Below are positions 1 to 11,097 of a stretch of 64,000 nt of DNA, piece by piece (position 1 is the first letter of the stretch; each line of letters starts with the position of its first letter). The notes under the pieces are model-generated. The model was given only the letters and a program-made list of their open reading frames with translations. It had not been told where the DNA came from and made no database searches. The position numbers and the translations under genes are program-made. The stretch lies in the IMG/VR virus record IMGVR_UViG_3300010389_000007, positions 1 to 64,000 of that record. One strand, written 5' to 3'. The stretch is from a virus.

Positions 1-3000
1 AATCTACATCATATGGACCAGATCCAGATACAGAAACACTAAGAATTCTAATTCCATTACTATTATTAATTGGAACAATTCTATTGTCAGTGGTTTTTAA
101 ATTAGTTCCTGGATCAACTATTGTAATTTTATCTACAGATTGAGATTTAAGTTCAACATTTGCAGAAAAAGTATTTGAAACAACATCATCAGTTTCATTA
201 TACAATATTAATGTTGGTGGATTTATATATTTTCTTCCTGGATCTACTAAAAGAAGATCAGAAACTTTATAGTTATTTTTTACTCTTACTGCTGAGAATA
301 AAGTTGATACTGGAGAAAGAGTTTTATCACTAGAATAGATTGCCTCAATGTTTGATATTTTCACTGCATTGACATTTCCAATAGTTGTAGTTTTTGGATA
401 AAGATTGCAACCTTCTCCAGTTTGAGTTATAATATTCTTTACTCCAGGAACTTTTTGATATGAATTTCCACCATATAAAAGTTTAACTTTAGATATTGGT
501 CCTTTTACGCCACTATCTAAAACTTCATATGATAATTTAGAGTTAGAACTACTATAATCTAATAGTTCTGGGTTGGTACTCATATTATATGTAAATGTGT
601 TGGTTGTAATTCCAATCACAATTCCTTCTGATTGCTTATAGAGACTTTCTTCTATTTTTAATTGATTATTATTAGAAACAGTTGAATCTGAATATATTTC
701 ATCAGATGTTGTAATGTTAGTCAATGTATAATATAAAAGTTTTGGAGTATAGTCTGTAATTGTTAGACTTAGTTCTGTTGAAGATTTTACAACTTCTATT
801 CCATTTTCATTACCAAAATAAGAATTTCTAAAAACATCATCACTGTATAAATTAAAATCTTTTCCTATAATGCTGGAATCTGTCAAATCAAACTTAACTA
901 TTTGATTTTCAAATACTTTAATATTTGGATTTACTTTACCATCTATCAAAACTCTTTTTTCTGTAGATGAATAACCAACAACATATGTTGTAGTTACCCC
1001 AGAAATCACATTAGTGTTTATTTTATTATTAACACTTAAACCATGACTTGATGCAGTAGAAACATTTACATTAATTTGACTGACTGTTCCAGTTACAACA
1101 TCTCTTTGAGTTCTAAATCTATGGTAAATTCCTGTTCCTAGTGCATTATATCTCAATAAATTTTCTCTATTTTTGAGATCTTGCTTACTCTGGACTAATC
1201 CAATTACGTCTGGGGATAATTTAACCACATACAGATCAGGAAGATCTACAAGATTTCCTGCATTAGTAACTATAGAAGAAGCATCTGTTGTATAGGATAC
1301 TTTTTCCCCATCTCTAAATTGATTGAATGGTAAGAATATGCCACCATGTTCAACATATCTTGTAATTGATACCCCATAACCAAGGGGTTTAGTTGATAAA
1401 GTATTTCCAATACCAGCTATGGTACTTATTCCAACAGAAACTGATTCTATTGGTTTAAAATAGTAAGAAATGTCTTGTTCAGTTAAATTTTTCTCTAGAT
1501 CTGGATATGAAAATGTAAATTTAGTTACAAAGTCATAGACTGGGGTGCTAATGGCATATCCAGGAGATCCAGCCTGCCTTAAAACATTTAATTGATTGTT
1601 TAAGTTATCAACTCCATAAATTGTTAAAGTTTCTGTGCCAATGACTAGTCTATCATCTACTCTATAGTTACCAATTGGAGCTTTGACTTTTATAGATGTT
1701 ACTATTCCTGTAGTGGGTTCATCCCCCAAAGGTTGAGTTAGTACTGTAGATGGTGTTTCTACATTAATTTTCCTAAATCCTTCTATTTCTGAAAAATCTG
1801 ATGTTGAAATTCCAGTTATATTTACAAATGTTTGAGATTTAAAGTTATGGGTGGTTGTTGCTATTCCAATTATTCCATCTTCAGTTGAAATAAAAACAAT
1901 ATCATTGAAAGTAGTAATACCAGCAGATATTGAAGTTACTGCTACACCAGAAATACTTTCGACTTCACCAAATGCACCTAAATCAACTTCTTCTTCTTCA
2001 AATTCAACTTTATCTCCAACTTCATATCCAAGACCACCGTCTAAAACATCAACAGAGTCAATAGATCCTTGAGAAACTGCTGTAACATAAGCATCAAAAG
2101 CAGAATCTGTAGTAACATTATCAAAATACTCATAATAATTCTCTTTATCATCAACTCTATATGGCTTAGTATATTTGATGATTCCTAACTCATTAAAGTC
2201 TAAGTTTTGGTTTAAGTCTAAATCAAAATTTGAACTTTCTGGAATATAGTTATAAGTATTTCCAATTATGTATGGGAATTCTGGATTATCTGTAGTATCT
2301 AAAGTGCAATAGTATGCATAGATGCCTTTTGGGTATTCTGGGGTTATGGCAAATCTCCCATTATTTTCATCTAAAGTTCCATTATTTGTGAAAACATAGT
2401 CTTCAATACATTCTAAGGTTGGTGGTGGGCTAATTTTACTTCTGGTATATCCACTTCTCATTTTTATGATATTTCCAGTTCCATCCACATTTTCATATGC
2501 ATATGGACCATAAATTGGGCATCCATCAAAAGCCCATCCAACTATTGGGGAGTGCTTAGTTGAATCTATCCCAAAAGATTGTCTTAAATTTGAATCTAAG
2601 AAAAATGTTCCATAGGTATTTCCAAATCTTGAATATTTTGCACCAAACAAAAATCCATTTTTAAGATTTGATGTTCCAAGTTTAGCAACTTCATTAAGAG
2701 TCCAATCAGTTAAATTAGCGGTTAGATTTAAATCTTTTCCTGATGACTTTATTCTAACTGTAGTATCTGATGAAGCATATCCAACTCCACCATTCACCAC
2801 ATCAACAGATATTATTTGATTATAACTTACAGCACCATTATAAATTTCTCCATTACTGACAACTGCAGTTAATTCTGCACCATATCCCTGACCTAAGATT
2901 TCAAATTCAAAATCATTGACATAATCTTGTCCAGGATTTTTTACTATGACTTTAATTATTTTTCCACGATCAATTAGAGGTAAAAATTCTGCATCATAAC

Positions 3001-6000
3001 CTTCTTTAACTTGAATTTTAGGTCTTTTGTGGAGGTTTACAACGTCTAAAGAACCAAGAAGTTCTTTTGCTGGTTTTGCCAGACCCTTTTGAACATGTAC
3101 TGATTTTACAGATCCTTGTACTACTGGTATAATAGTTGCTCCATATCCAGTTACTGCAGCAGCAGTTTTTTTGTACTTACCAGATACTGTAACTTCAATT
3201 GGAGGATACTGAACAAAATAAGTTGTGGCAAAATCCAATCCAGAAATGTTTAAAATATTTTTCCTTGCAAAATCTGTAGTTAATCTAAAACTGTCATCAT
3301 CAATTTTGTCAATATAATAAATTTGTCCAGCAGTAACCCCACCAAGAAGAGATCCATCTGCAGTAACTACAACCTCTTCTCCACTCCTATATTGGTGATT
3401 TTTAAAGGTAAAGATATTATCAAAAATATTAATGTCTTCTGGAGCAAAAGAAAGTTTTTTATATTTGAATCCAGTTTGAACACCAACAAAAGAAACTTCA
3501 TCAATAATTTGAATTTTTTCTAATGCTCTGAAGTTTTGTACTCCACCTCCAGTAGTTCTAATATCTATTAAATTAGTTTTATTTACAGCATCTAGTCTTG
3601 ATGGTGCTAATCTAAATGAAGTTGCAGCACCAACTTCAGTAATATAATAAACTGACCTATCTAACAGTGTACCATCCTCAACTACAGTTCCAATTCCAAT
3701 GGGAAATGTTCCATTGGTTTCATACACAACTGCTTCTCCCTCTGTAAATGGATGGACAGAATCAAACTGGAAAGTATTGTCTACTGTTCTAACTACAGTA
3801 TCCCTAGTTGTAGCATTAAACTGCAATTCCTTATCAATGTATCTCATTTTCACTGTGGTGGGAATATCTTTTCTATTTCCACCAGTAACTGTCACAGTTG
3901 GAGATTCTTCATAGTTATATCCAGGGTTTTTAACTTTAAGAGATTTTAATTCACCTTCCATTTCTGGAATTAAGAAAGTTTGAGTGTCTTCATCAAAGGT
4001 ATCATTGAATATTCTAAATTGTGGTGGATTTGTTAGGCTGTATCCATTACCACCATTTAAAACTTCAACAGTATCAATTTTTCCATAAAAAATCTTGTCA
4101 TAAGATTTGTAATTTTGTATTTCAACTCCATTACAAAATATTCCCAAAGGTCCAGGTTCTGTTATTACCTTATTTTTTTGGAATCTTGGAGTTTTTGGTA
4201 TTTTTTTGAATACTTTTGGAGTTGAAAATTCATTACCATAAATTTTAGAACTTTGGAGAATTATATTCTCATAATATCCAGCAATAAATCCATTTTCAGT
4301 TAATTCTAGAAAATTTAATTGAACTGTATCTAAACTTTCTCTACTTTCTGATAAAGATATTAGTGCTGGACCAAACTTCTTAACATAATAAGTATTGCCA
4401 GTATTAAATCCAACAGAATCAATAAATTCACTAGTCATGTCTCCAGTGATTCCATATCCAACAACTTTTACTGCTTCCCCATTGTAAAAATTGTGGGATC
4501 CCACTAAAGTGGCAGTATTGTTTGAATTAGCATCAAAAGTAAATTCTTTGATGTATGGACTTACTTCATAATCTGGAAGTCCATTTGAAGTTATGTAGTT
4601 GTAATTATCATCAGCATAAGCATCTTGAATATTTGCAGTATATTTGTCATTAATTTGATTGAATAATTTAGTAAAAGATATTGCTTTTGATTTTTTTAAT
4701 TTTCTTCTAAAAAGAATTTCTTTACCTAAAATACTTGTGTCTTCAATTTTTTGGGTACTAAATTCTTTGGATAAAGCAGTTGAAACCTGTAAGTTAGAAA
4801 GATATACTTGATAAGTTCCTTGAGACCTAACATAAAGATCAACTAAATCATTATTTTTTAAGTTGTGTTCATATTTACTTAAAGCAAGTCCATTAGAAAT
4901 TGCAAATCCTTGCTCTGAAAAAGATCTAACTCCAGCATCAATTTCTTGTACTGCTTCTCCACAATATATGGAAATTGGATGATTAAATTTTAAAGATCTT
5001 ACAAAAATATTATTATCAGTATATCCAACATTATCTACTCTAAGTGGGTCATCAACTAAAGAGTAAGTAGAAGTTTCTGGGGCAAAAACTGAAAGTACAT
5101 TGTTTACTCTAAGTTTTACTACATTGTTAACATCACCATCTTCATAAGAATAGACATAGTTAGTAGAGTATATTTCAGATTTTCTTTCTACCAAATCTGT
5201 AATATTTGCCTCACCAACTTTTGATACATGTAAAAACTGATTGTTGGTTTTATCTGTGTATTCATATTGATTTTCCCCAATGTTAAAGATTCCAGATTGG
5301 GGAAATCCAATAGTTGAATCTACAAAAATAGTATCAGATCCAGATGGAGCATCTTCAACAACATATGTTTTGTATGTTGGAATGAAAGTTCCAGATATTG
5401 ATCCCTTTGGATTTAAGTTGTTTGAGTATCCAGAAAATATTCTAATTTTATAAAGAATTTTTCCATTTAGTTGATATGAGTCAACTGCATATATTGATCC
5501 ACTTGCAGGTAAAACTTTAGAATTGTATGGATCTGAATCCTGATATAAAGTCTGACCAGCAAGTTTATATGGATTCCCTTCAATTAAATCACAAACAAAA
5601 GTTTCAGTAACTATCCACTTGTCATCAGATGGAGTGAAACAATATTCTCTTGGTTTTATAACCTTTACATCTTCTCCATAGAGAACCCTGAATAAAATTT
5701 TATACGCTTCATCAGTTCCTTTTGACTGATAAAATGTTTTTGCTTTGCTGATGAAATTTTGTGGATTAATTTCTTCAGCAAAATCTACATTTTCAAATCC
5801 AGGAGTGTATAAGTTTTTTTGTTTTTTGAAAAATTCTATAAGGAATAAGTTACTTAAGTTATTAACTGTATCTCCAGATGAATGATCACTAGATTCAGTG
5901 GTGGTAAAAACTAAAAACTCATCATTTGTCTCTTGTTGAAGAGAATCTGCTCCACTAAACCCTCTAATGCATCCAGTGAAAGAATTTGTAGTTATTCCAG

Positions 6001-6325
6001 TATAAGTGATAATCTCATCATTTATTTTTAAGAGACCATATGATTGAGGCCAACCATTAGTAGATTCTACATAAATTGTATCACTAAAAAAATCTACATC
6101 ACCAACTAAAGTTGTTGATGTGATTAAATTGGTAGAATTAAAAGATGAAATATTTCTATACGATACCAAGTTTTCAGAGAGATCAACTGGTCCTCCCTGA
6201 AATTCCTGAGAATGATAATATTGCTTTAAGAATTCTGAAAAGTTAGGATTATCTTCTAAAATAAACTCTGGGATTTGGTTATCAACTAAATCACTAATCT
6301 TTACTAGCTTCTGATTTTCTACCAT
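1..6325 (-). CDS. gp7: Baseplate wedge initiator gp7-like giant protein, 5' part (runs off left edge); contains YHYH-like segment at ~2270-2560
   Basis: ATG at 6325 right after gp6 stop; translates MVENQKLVKISDLVDNQIPEFILEDNPNFSEFLKQYYHSQEFQGGPVDL, the typical cyanomyovirus gp7 N-terminus; later KHSPIVGWAFDGCPIYGPY...LDENNGRFAITPEYPKGIYAYY. Absent from ORF track, consistent with no stop inside the window. Confidence 0.85.
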   Translation of the reverse strand, partial: MVENQKLVKISDLVDNQIPEFILEDNPNFSEFLKQYYHSQEFQGGPVDLSENLVSYRNISSFNSTNLITSTTLVGDVDFFSDTIYVESTNGWPQSYGLLKINDEIITYTGITTNSFTGCIRGFSGADSLQQETNDEFLVFTTTESSDHSSGDTVNNLSNLFLIEFFKKQKNLYTPGFENVDFAEEINPQNFISKAKTFYQSKGTDEAYKILFRVLYGEDVKVIKPREYCFTPSDDKWIVTETFVCDLIEGNPYKLAGQTLYQDSDPYNSKVLPASGSIYAVDSYQLNGKILYKIRIFSGYSNNLNPKGSISGTFIPTYKTYVVEDAPSGSDTIFVDSTIGFPQSGIFNIGENQYEYTDKTNNQFLHVSKVGEANITDLVERKSEIYSTNYVYSYEDGDVNNVVKLRVNNVLSVFAPETSTYSLVDDPLRVDNVGYTDNNIFVRSLKFNHPISIYCGEAVQEIDAGVRSFSEQGFAISNGLALSKYEHNLKNNDLVDLYVRSQGTYQVYLSNLQVSTALSKEFSTQKIEDTSILGKEILFRRKLKKSKAISFTKLFNQINDKYTANIQDAYADDNYNYITSNGLPDYEVSPYIKEFTFDANSNNTATLVGSHNFYNGEAVKVVGYGITGDMTSEFIDSVGFNTGNTYYVKKFGPALISLSESRESLDTVQLNFLELTENGFIAGYYENIILQSSKIYGNEFSTPKVFKKIPKTPRFQKNKVITEPGPLGIFCNGVEIQNYKSYDKIFYGKIDTVEVLNGGNGYSLTNPPQFRIFNDTFDEDTQTFLIPEMEGELKSLKVKNPGYNYEESPTVTVTGGNRKDIPTTVKMRYIDKELQFNATTRDTVVRTVDNTFQFDSVHPFTEGEAVVYETNGTFPIGIGTVVEDGTLLDRSVYYITEVGAATSFRLAPSRLDAVNKTNLIDIRTTGGGVQNFRALEKIQIIDEVSFVGVQTGFKYKKLSFAPEDINIFDNIFTFKNHQYRSGEEVVVTADGSLLGGVTAGQIYYIDKIDDDSFRLTTDFARKNILNISGLDFATTYFVQYPPIEVTVSGKYKKTAAAVTGYGATIIPVVQGSVKSVHVQKGLAKPAKELLGSLDVVNLHKRPKIQVKEGYDAEFLPLIDRGKIIKVIVKNPGQDYVNDFEFEILGQGYGAELTAVVSNGEIYNGAVSYNQIISVDVVNGGVGYASSDTTVRIKSSGKDLNLTANLTDWTLNEVAKLGTSNLKNGFLFGAKYSRFGNTYGTFFLDSNLRQSFGIDSTKHSPIVGWAFDGCPIYGPYAYENVDGTGNIIKMRSGYTRSKISPPPTLECIEDYVFTNNGTLDENNGRFAITPEYPKGIYAYYCTLDTTDNPEFPYIIGNTYNYIPESSNFDLDLNQNLDFNELGIIKYTKPYRVDDKENYYEYFDNVTTDSAFDAYVTAVSQGSIDSVDVLDGGLGYEVGDKVEFEEEEVDLGAFGEVESISGVAVTSISAGITTFNDIVFISTEDGIIGIATTTHNFKSQTFVNITGISTSDFSEIEGFRKINVETPSTVLTQPLGDEPTTGIVTSIKVKAPIGNYRVDDRLVIGTETLTIYGVDNLNNQLNVLRQAGSPGYAISTPVYDFVTKFTFSYPDLEKNLTEQDISYYFKPIESVSVGISTIAGIGNTLSTKPLGYGVSITRYVEHGGIFLPFNQFRDGEKVSYTTDASSIVTNAGNLVDLPDLYVVKLSPDVIGLVQSKQDLKNRENLLRYNALGTGIYHRFRTQRDVVTGTVSQINVNVSTASSHGLSVNNKINTNVISGVTTTYVVGYSSTEKRVLIDGKVNPNIKVFENQIVKFDLTDSSIIGKDFNLYSDDVFRNSYFGNENGIEVVKSSTELSLTITDYTPKLLYYTLTNITTSDEIYSDSTVSNNNQLKIEESLYKQSEGIVIGITTNTFTYNMSTNPELLDYSSSNSKLSYEVLDSGVKGPISKVKLLYGGNSYQKVPGVKNIITQTGEGCNLYPKTTTIGNVNAVKISNIEAIYSSDKTLSPVSTLFSAVRVKNNYKVSDLLLVDPGRKYINPPTLILYNETDDVVSNTFSANVELKSQSVDKITIVDPGTNLKTTDNRIVPINNSNGIRILSVSVSGSGPYDVD

Positions 6326-6326
6326 C

Positions 6327-8210
6327 TTAACTTCTTATTTTAGTTCCAGTGGAATGACTTGATTCTGGTTGGAATCTGCTTCCTGAAGCATTTTCTCCAG
6401 AGGATATAATATCTTTCACCATACTTATTGAACTCTTTCCAATATCTAATTTTAAGTAAATTGATTTTTTAGCAACTACATCATTGGAGTATGGAGTTGC
6501 TTCAATTTCAATGATATTATTGGGAAGAGCAGTAGAAGATACATTTATATTATCTATATCAATTTCACCAGTAATATAATCTACTGTTCCTATGTCTTGC
6601 TGCTCTGTTGATTCAGTTTCCCCATCAACAGAAAACAGATACAATCTTCCAGTTTTTAAGTCTGATTCTGGTTTGTCTGAAATGTAAACCTTTCTAGACA
6701 GACCATTAATAAAGAATCCTGAACTTCTTATATTATATCCAGATGGATCAACATAAAATCTATTTTCAAAACATACAAGATACTGTGTTGGTTCACCAAT
6801 AATAGTACCAATATTTCTTCTTATTCTAACTTGTGTAATATTTGATGTTACAGAATCACTTGCTGTATCAATAAGTCTGACTGACTTACTGTACTTAAAT
6901 CTTCCTCCAAATTTGTTTAGATCAGTTGAATTTGCATATGTTTGAAGTGAGTTGGAAATTTTTGTCTTCAAATCATTTGGAGCACCAACAAAATTTGAGT
7001 TATAGTAAACAGTTGATATCAATTCAACATACAGGACATTAATATCTACGAAGTTTGGTTGAATTCCTGCAACAGAATATTTCTTTAGTTCAGAGATTAA
7101 AAACTCTTTTGTTTGTTCAGAAAGGTAATCTGAATTTTTTGGTTTTGCTGCTATGAAAACTTTGCCAAATTGTGGTGGACTTAATTCTTCCCCACCATAT
7201 GCAGTTACAGACTCTATGTTAGGATATATTGATGGTAGCAGTGATTCATAATCAGATGCAGTTACTGCTCTATATTGGGTGGAATATAATCTAGGAGCAT
7301 AATACCTTACTGATTCTATAGATTGAATATCATCACCATTATTTGCTGATTCTGTGGTTATGATGACACCAACTGCTGATGAAATATTTGCACCAGTATC
7401 TGATACTATGGTTCCAGAGAAATCAAAATCATTAGCCCCATTACCCTCTTTGCCATTTGTTGTGATGTATGTGATGTTTACTTGATTATTGTTTTCAAGT
7501 TTCTTTCCAATTACCCCATCACCAAAGAAAACTTCATATTTTTCATCAGATATCTCTTGAATCAGAAAAACTGCAGAATTTTTATCTACGCCAATAATAT
7601 TTTCTATTGGCAAATATTCTCTTGAGGTTGTTGATTCTGAAGTTTCCTTTACATTAACTCTAATTGTAGATGTATCAATGTAAGGATTTGGTAAAATATA
7701 TTTTTGATTTGGTTGGGAATTATCTACAACAAAGGTTTTTGATAAAAGAGTTCCCTCATAGATGGTTATATTTTCAAAAGATGCTTGTCCATTAGACACA
7801 CCAACAGTAATATCCTCTGGAATAGAAAAGATATAACTGGTATTATCTAAATTTCCTGTACAAACTACACCTTTCTTTAAAGTTGCTGTGTTATAACTTG
7901 TATTTACGTCTGTTAAACTAAAGGTTATATTTGCTGTTGCTGCTCTTCTTGATAGTGGAACATACCCAACATTCTTTGCAAGAGATACTACGTTCTCTCT
8001 GAGGGTAGCACTATCAATAAATGACTCATTAACCACCATGTTGGTGTTGAATGCAGTCAGATAGGTATTATAGGCAAGTACATCAATTAATACAGAGAAG
8101 TTTGAACCTTCAAAATCAAAGTCACTGAAGGTTGAATTTGCTCTTAGATAGTCTTTAATTGATGTTCTAATCTGAGAAAAGTCTAGATTAGTGAATTGAG
8201 TAACTGCCAT
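6327..8210 (-). CDS. gp6: Baseplate wedge subunit gp6
   Basis: N-terminus FTNLDFSQIRTSIKDYLRANSTFSDFDFEGSNFSVLIDVLAYNTY and RAVTASDYE motif of T4 gp6; lies between gp25 and gp7. Confidence 0.95.
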   Translation of the reverse strand: MAVTQFTNLDFSQIRTSIKDYLRANSTFSDFDFEGSNFSVLIDVLAYNTYLTAFNTNMVVNESFIDSATLRENVVSLAKNVGYVPLSRRAATANITFSLTDVNTSYNTATLKKGVVCTGNLDNTSYIFSIPEDITVGVSNGQASFENITIYEGTLLSKTFVVDNSQPNQKYILPNPYIDTSTIRVNVKETSESTTSREYLPIENIIGVDKNSAVFLIQEISDEKYEVFFGDGVIGKKLENNNQVNITYITTNGKEGNGANDFDFSGTIVSDTGANISSAVGVIITTESANNGDDIQSIESVRYYAPRLYSTQYRAVTASDYESLLPSIYPNIESVTAYGGEELSPPQFGKVFIAAKPKNSDYLSEQTKEFLISELKKYSVAGIQPNFVDINVLYVELISTVYYNSNFVGAPNDLKTKISNSLQTYANSTDLNKFGGRFKYSKSVRLIDTASDSVTSNITQVRIRRNIGTIIGEPTQYLVCFENRFYVDPSGYNIRSSGFFINGLSRKVYISDKPESDLKTGRLYLFSVDGETESTEQQDIGTVDYITGEIDIDNINVSSTALPNNIIEIEATPYSNDVVAKKSIYLKLDIGKSSISMVKDIISSGENASGSRFQPESSHSTGTKIRS

Positions 8211-8614
8211 TAGTATCTGGTTGGTTGTAATACAAAGGTTATTGCTTGTTGTGGTACACTTAGTCCAACAATATCATAGTTAATACTCACTTCCATGGCA
8301 TTGTCTTCTGGATAAAGAGCAACATCCACACTTCTCAATACAACTCTTGGTTCAAAATTATTAATTACATTCCTGATTTCATCCCTAAGAGGTTCTACAA
8401 TGGTAAAATCTGCTAGTTCAAAAAAATAATTATCAACTTTAGACCCTAAAAGGGGATTAAAGAACCTCTCACCAACTCTAGTTCTCACTAGATTGATGAC
8501 TGATCTCTTAATGGCATCCTCATTTCTTAGTGAAATGATGTCATTAGTGACTGGATTCCTCTTAAAAGACAGGCTTATATCTTTAAATCCCCTTGAGACA
8601 GATTCTAAAGGCAC
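8210..8614 (-). CDS. gp25: Baseplate wedge subunit gp25
   Basis: FKDISLSF...AIKRSVINLVRTRVGERFFNPLLGS...INNFEPRV motifs of the gp25/GPW family. Confidence 0.95.
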   Translation of the reverse strand: MPLESVSRGFKDISLSFKRNPVTNDIISLRNEDAIKRSVINLVRTRVGERFFNPLLGSKVDNYFFELADFTIVEPLRDEIRNVINNFEPRVVLRSVDVALYPEDNAMEVSINYDIVGLSVPQQAITFVLQPTRY

Positions 8615-8639
8615 TTTGAGAGTCTATATTTACTTTTAT

Positions 8640-8885
8640 TTATTGGGGTTTTCCATAAATTGGTTCAGTCCCATACTCCCAATCATCATAGTCCTCATCA
8701 TTTCTAATTTTTTCATGAATCTCTGCCTGTTCTTTTAAGTGATGGTCTTGATATTCCATCACTTCTTGTAGAAATTTTCTTTTTTCTTCATACACATTAA
8801 TGTGTTTCATTGATCCATAGTCAGATACAAGTCTATTTGTACCCCACATCTTCATCATGTACTCTTGATCTCTGTCTGATTGCAT
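8640..8885 (-). CDS. Hypothetical protein (cyanophage-type, usually upstream of gp25)
   Basis: AGGAG RBS; DDWEYGTEP-type C-terminus. Confidence 0.7.
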   Translation of the reverse strand: MQSDRDQEYMMKMWGTNRLVSDYGSMKHINVYEEKRKFLQEVMEYQDHHLKEQAEIHEKIRNDEDYDDWEYGTEPIYGKPQ

Positions 8886-8936
8886 AATTGCTCCTGATTT
8901 TGGTTAAAATCAGAACTTTTTAAGGGGTTGCTATCC

Positions 8937-9641
8937 CTAATCAGAGTTTATACAACGTGGATCACAAGGATTTTGTCCGCAATTTGGACAAGATTCACGT
9001 TCTTTAGGTGTTTCCCAAAAATATTCATCAGTATCTCCCAATCTTCCCCAGTCTACACCATTTTCTACCTGATATTCTATGGTAGAAACCTTAAAATCTG
9101 GAATTTTTGGAGTTTCAGGTGTCAAACTGTTGTCAAAGATTCTGCATCTATTGTTTGGATATAGTGCAAACTGTCCATTGACCAGTTCAATGAGATTAAA
9201 TGACTTATGTTCTTCTGGAATTTCACTTGTACTGTAATCTATCACATCAGCACTGTTATGATAGTTGTCTAAGGTGCAGATATAATGCCCTCTAAGGGTG
9301 CCAAAATGCCTTGACCTTATCTCCCAGTCCATTGATGCAACAAACTGCTTACAGACTGTTGTAACACCATAATCCATACAGTTCCAAAACTGTAAATTTG
9401 GAAGGTCTAGGTCAGGGGTTGGAGTCTCAGGTCTAGATACAAATGCTGATATGGGCAACTTATCATACATTGCACCATACTCAGGTAAGTATGTCTCAAA
9501 ATAAAAAGCACGCCCAGGCATCGACTTTGCCGATACCCAGACGCCCTCTACAAATTCTCCATGACCATCATTTAGGTCTCTGAGATATTCTTTTCTTACC
9601 CAGACTTTCTGTGCAGGTAGGTTAGTGATTAAACAACTCAT
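8937..9641 (-). CDS. Conserved cyanophage hypothetical protein
   Basis: 234 aa ORF with WVRKEYL...GRAFYFETYLPEYGAMYDKLPISAF...YPNNR motifs recalled from T4-like cyanophages. Confidence 0.8.
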   Translation of the reverse strand: MSCLITNLPAQKVWVRKEYLRDLNDGHGEFVEGVWVSAKSMPGRAFYFETYLPEYGAMYDKLPISAFVSRPETPTPDLDLPNLQFWNCMDYGVTTVCKQFVASMDWEIRSRHFGTLRGHYICTLDNYHNSADVIDYSTSEIPEEHKSFNLIELVNGQFALYPNNRCRIFDNSLTPETPKIPDFKVSTIEYQVENGVDWGRLGDTDEYFWETPKERESCPNCGQNPCDPRCINSD

Positions 9642-9661
9642 GCATAGTCAGTGGACTAATA

Positions 9662-9805
9662 CTATTTACCCTGACCACGATACTTCTTTTTAGCAGTATT
9701 ACGAGAGGTTGCAGCATACTTAGTATTTTTGCTGTTGCCCTGACGAGTGGTCTTAGGCTTGGATTCAATTTTTTGCCCACCAGTGAAAGAAGGACGCTTT
9801 GCCAT
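9662..9805 (-). CDS. Small basic protein (47 aa), not in ORF track
   Basis: MAKRPSFTGGQKIESKPKTTRQGNSKNTKYAATSRNTAKKKYRGQGK; GAGGAG RBS; tight packing with neighbours. Confidence 0.8.
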   Translation of the reverse strand: MAKRPSFTGGQKIESKPKTTRQGNSKNTKYAATSRNTAKKKYRGQGK

Positions 9806-9807
9806 GA

Positions 9808-9993
9808 TTAATTCTCCTCTTTAATAATTTCAACTTTAAGATCCTGTGGATCAGGTTTCCCTACCTGGAAGTATGACTCAGATAGATCGTCCATAATACT
9901 GAACATCTGCTCTTCTGTCAACTCCTCAGGTATGGGTTTGTCCCTGTGTTTCTGTAGGGGAGTTCCTTTATACAGAATACGATACTTATCCAT
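9808..9993 (-). CDS. Hypothetical protein
   Basis: 61 aa ORF coupled (TAATG) to the upstream gene. Confidence 0.7.
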   Translation of the reverse strand: MDKYRILYKGTPLQKHRDKPIPEELTEEQMFSIMDDLSESYFQVGKPDPQDLKVEIIKEEN

Positions 9994-10745
9994 TAGATAA
10001 CCCTTGTCTTTTCGTGACCAACTCTAATTGCTGGGTGACACCAGATATCAAAACCACACTTACGCTTGGCATCAAGACAGAATGAGACATCTTCGCCACA
10101 CATGTCTTGTACTTCACCTGAATCAAAGACTTGCATCTGAGGAGCAAACCAAGGATACTTCATCTCAGGGTGCTCAAAGACGCCCTTCTTAATCAGTACC
10201 CAACCAAATCCAGTATAGTCAACAGTAAATGGTTTCTTTCTATTCTGAATGGTATCAACCATCTCATGATTCATGACGCCACCATTATTCTTGAAGTCAT
10301 CCTCATCCAACCAATGAGCAACAGAAGTGGTTCTACCATCCTCTGTGGCATACCAACCACAGGAAATGTCCTTGTCCATGTCAAAGACTGCCCAGAAGGC
10401 ATTGGTGTTGAATACGATGTCACTATCAATCCAGAGTTGATAATCATACTGCAGTTTACCTTGCCAGGGCACTTGATCAGGACCTGCAAGTACATTAGCA
10501 CCAAGACACTTACAACGTGCAAAGTTCACCATGGAACTATAGTCTTGAGAAATCTGAATACTTGCTCCTGACTGTACTAGATCAAAGCACAGTTGTACAA
10601 AGTTCTTTAAAAAGGTATATGATACACCACGACCAGGAAGGCAGAATACAATTGTCTTACCCCTAATACGCTCCTTACAACGCTCAATGTCAAATAGGGG
10701 CTGCTGCTCTGGTTCTTTTGCTTTTACTGTAAATCCTTTAGCCAT
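9993..10745 (-). CDS. Glycosyltransferase-like (GT-A fold) conserved cyanophage protein
   Basis: LWIDSD (DxD), YTGFGWVLIKKGVFE, GEDVSFC and VGHEK motifs of GT2-like proteins. Confidence 0.7.
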   Translation of the reverse strand: MAKGFTVKAKEPEQQPLFDIERCKERIRGKTIVFCLPGRGVSYTFLKNFVQLCFDLVQSGASIQISQDYSSMVNFARCKCLGANVLAGPDQVPWQGKLQYDYQLWIDSDIVFNTNAFWAVFDMDKDISCGWYATEDGRTTSVAHWLDEDDFKNNGGVMNHEMVDTIQNRKKPFTVDYTGFGWVLIKKGVFEHPEMKYPWFAPQMQVFDSGEVQDMCGEDVSFCLDAKRKCGFDIWCHPAIRVGHEKTRVI

Positions 10746-10851
10746 AAGATTAATTCAATGTTGTGATGACGTACGTATCACTTCATATGATACTGGATTA
10801 TTTATCCCCTGTCAATGAAAGAGATATTGGGGTACGAGCCCCTATAAGAAA

Positions 10852-11097
10852 CTATGAGTCTTCTTGAAGATCTGGATGAGGTGCATACAAAGGACCTTCA
10901 TAATCATGAGATTCCTCAGGAAGGCCATCACCATCCTCCTCTACATGAGTGTCAATATTAATAGTAAACTCTTCTACCTGAAAGTCTGTCTTGATTCCTG
11001 CATGGATCATCTGGGAAAGTTCTGTGAGCGACTGCTGGCATTCTGCCAATGAACCCTCACAAAACACCCTGTCTCTTGCAATCAACTTGTAGGGCAT
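10852..11097 (-). CDS. Hypothetical protein
   Basis: 81 aa ORF with GGAGG RBS. Confidence 0.65.
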   Translation of the reverse strand: MPYKLIARDRVFCEGSLAECQQSLTELSQMIHAGIKTDFQVEEFTINIDTHVEEDGDGLPEESHDYEGPLYAPHPDLQEDS

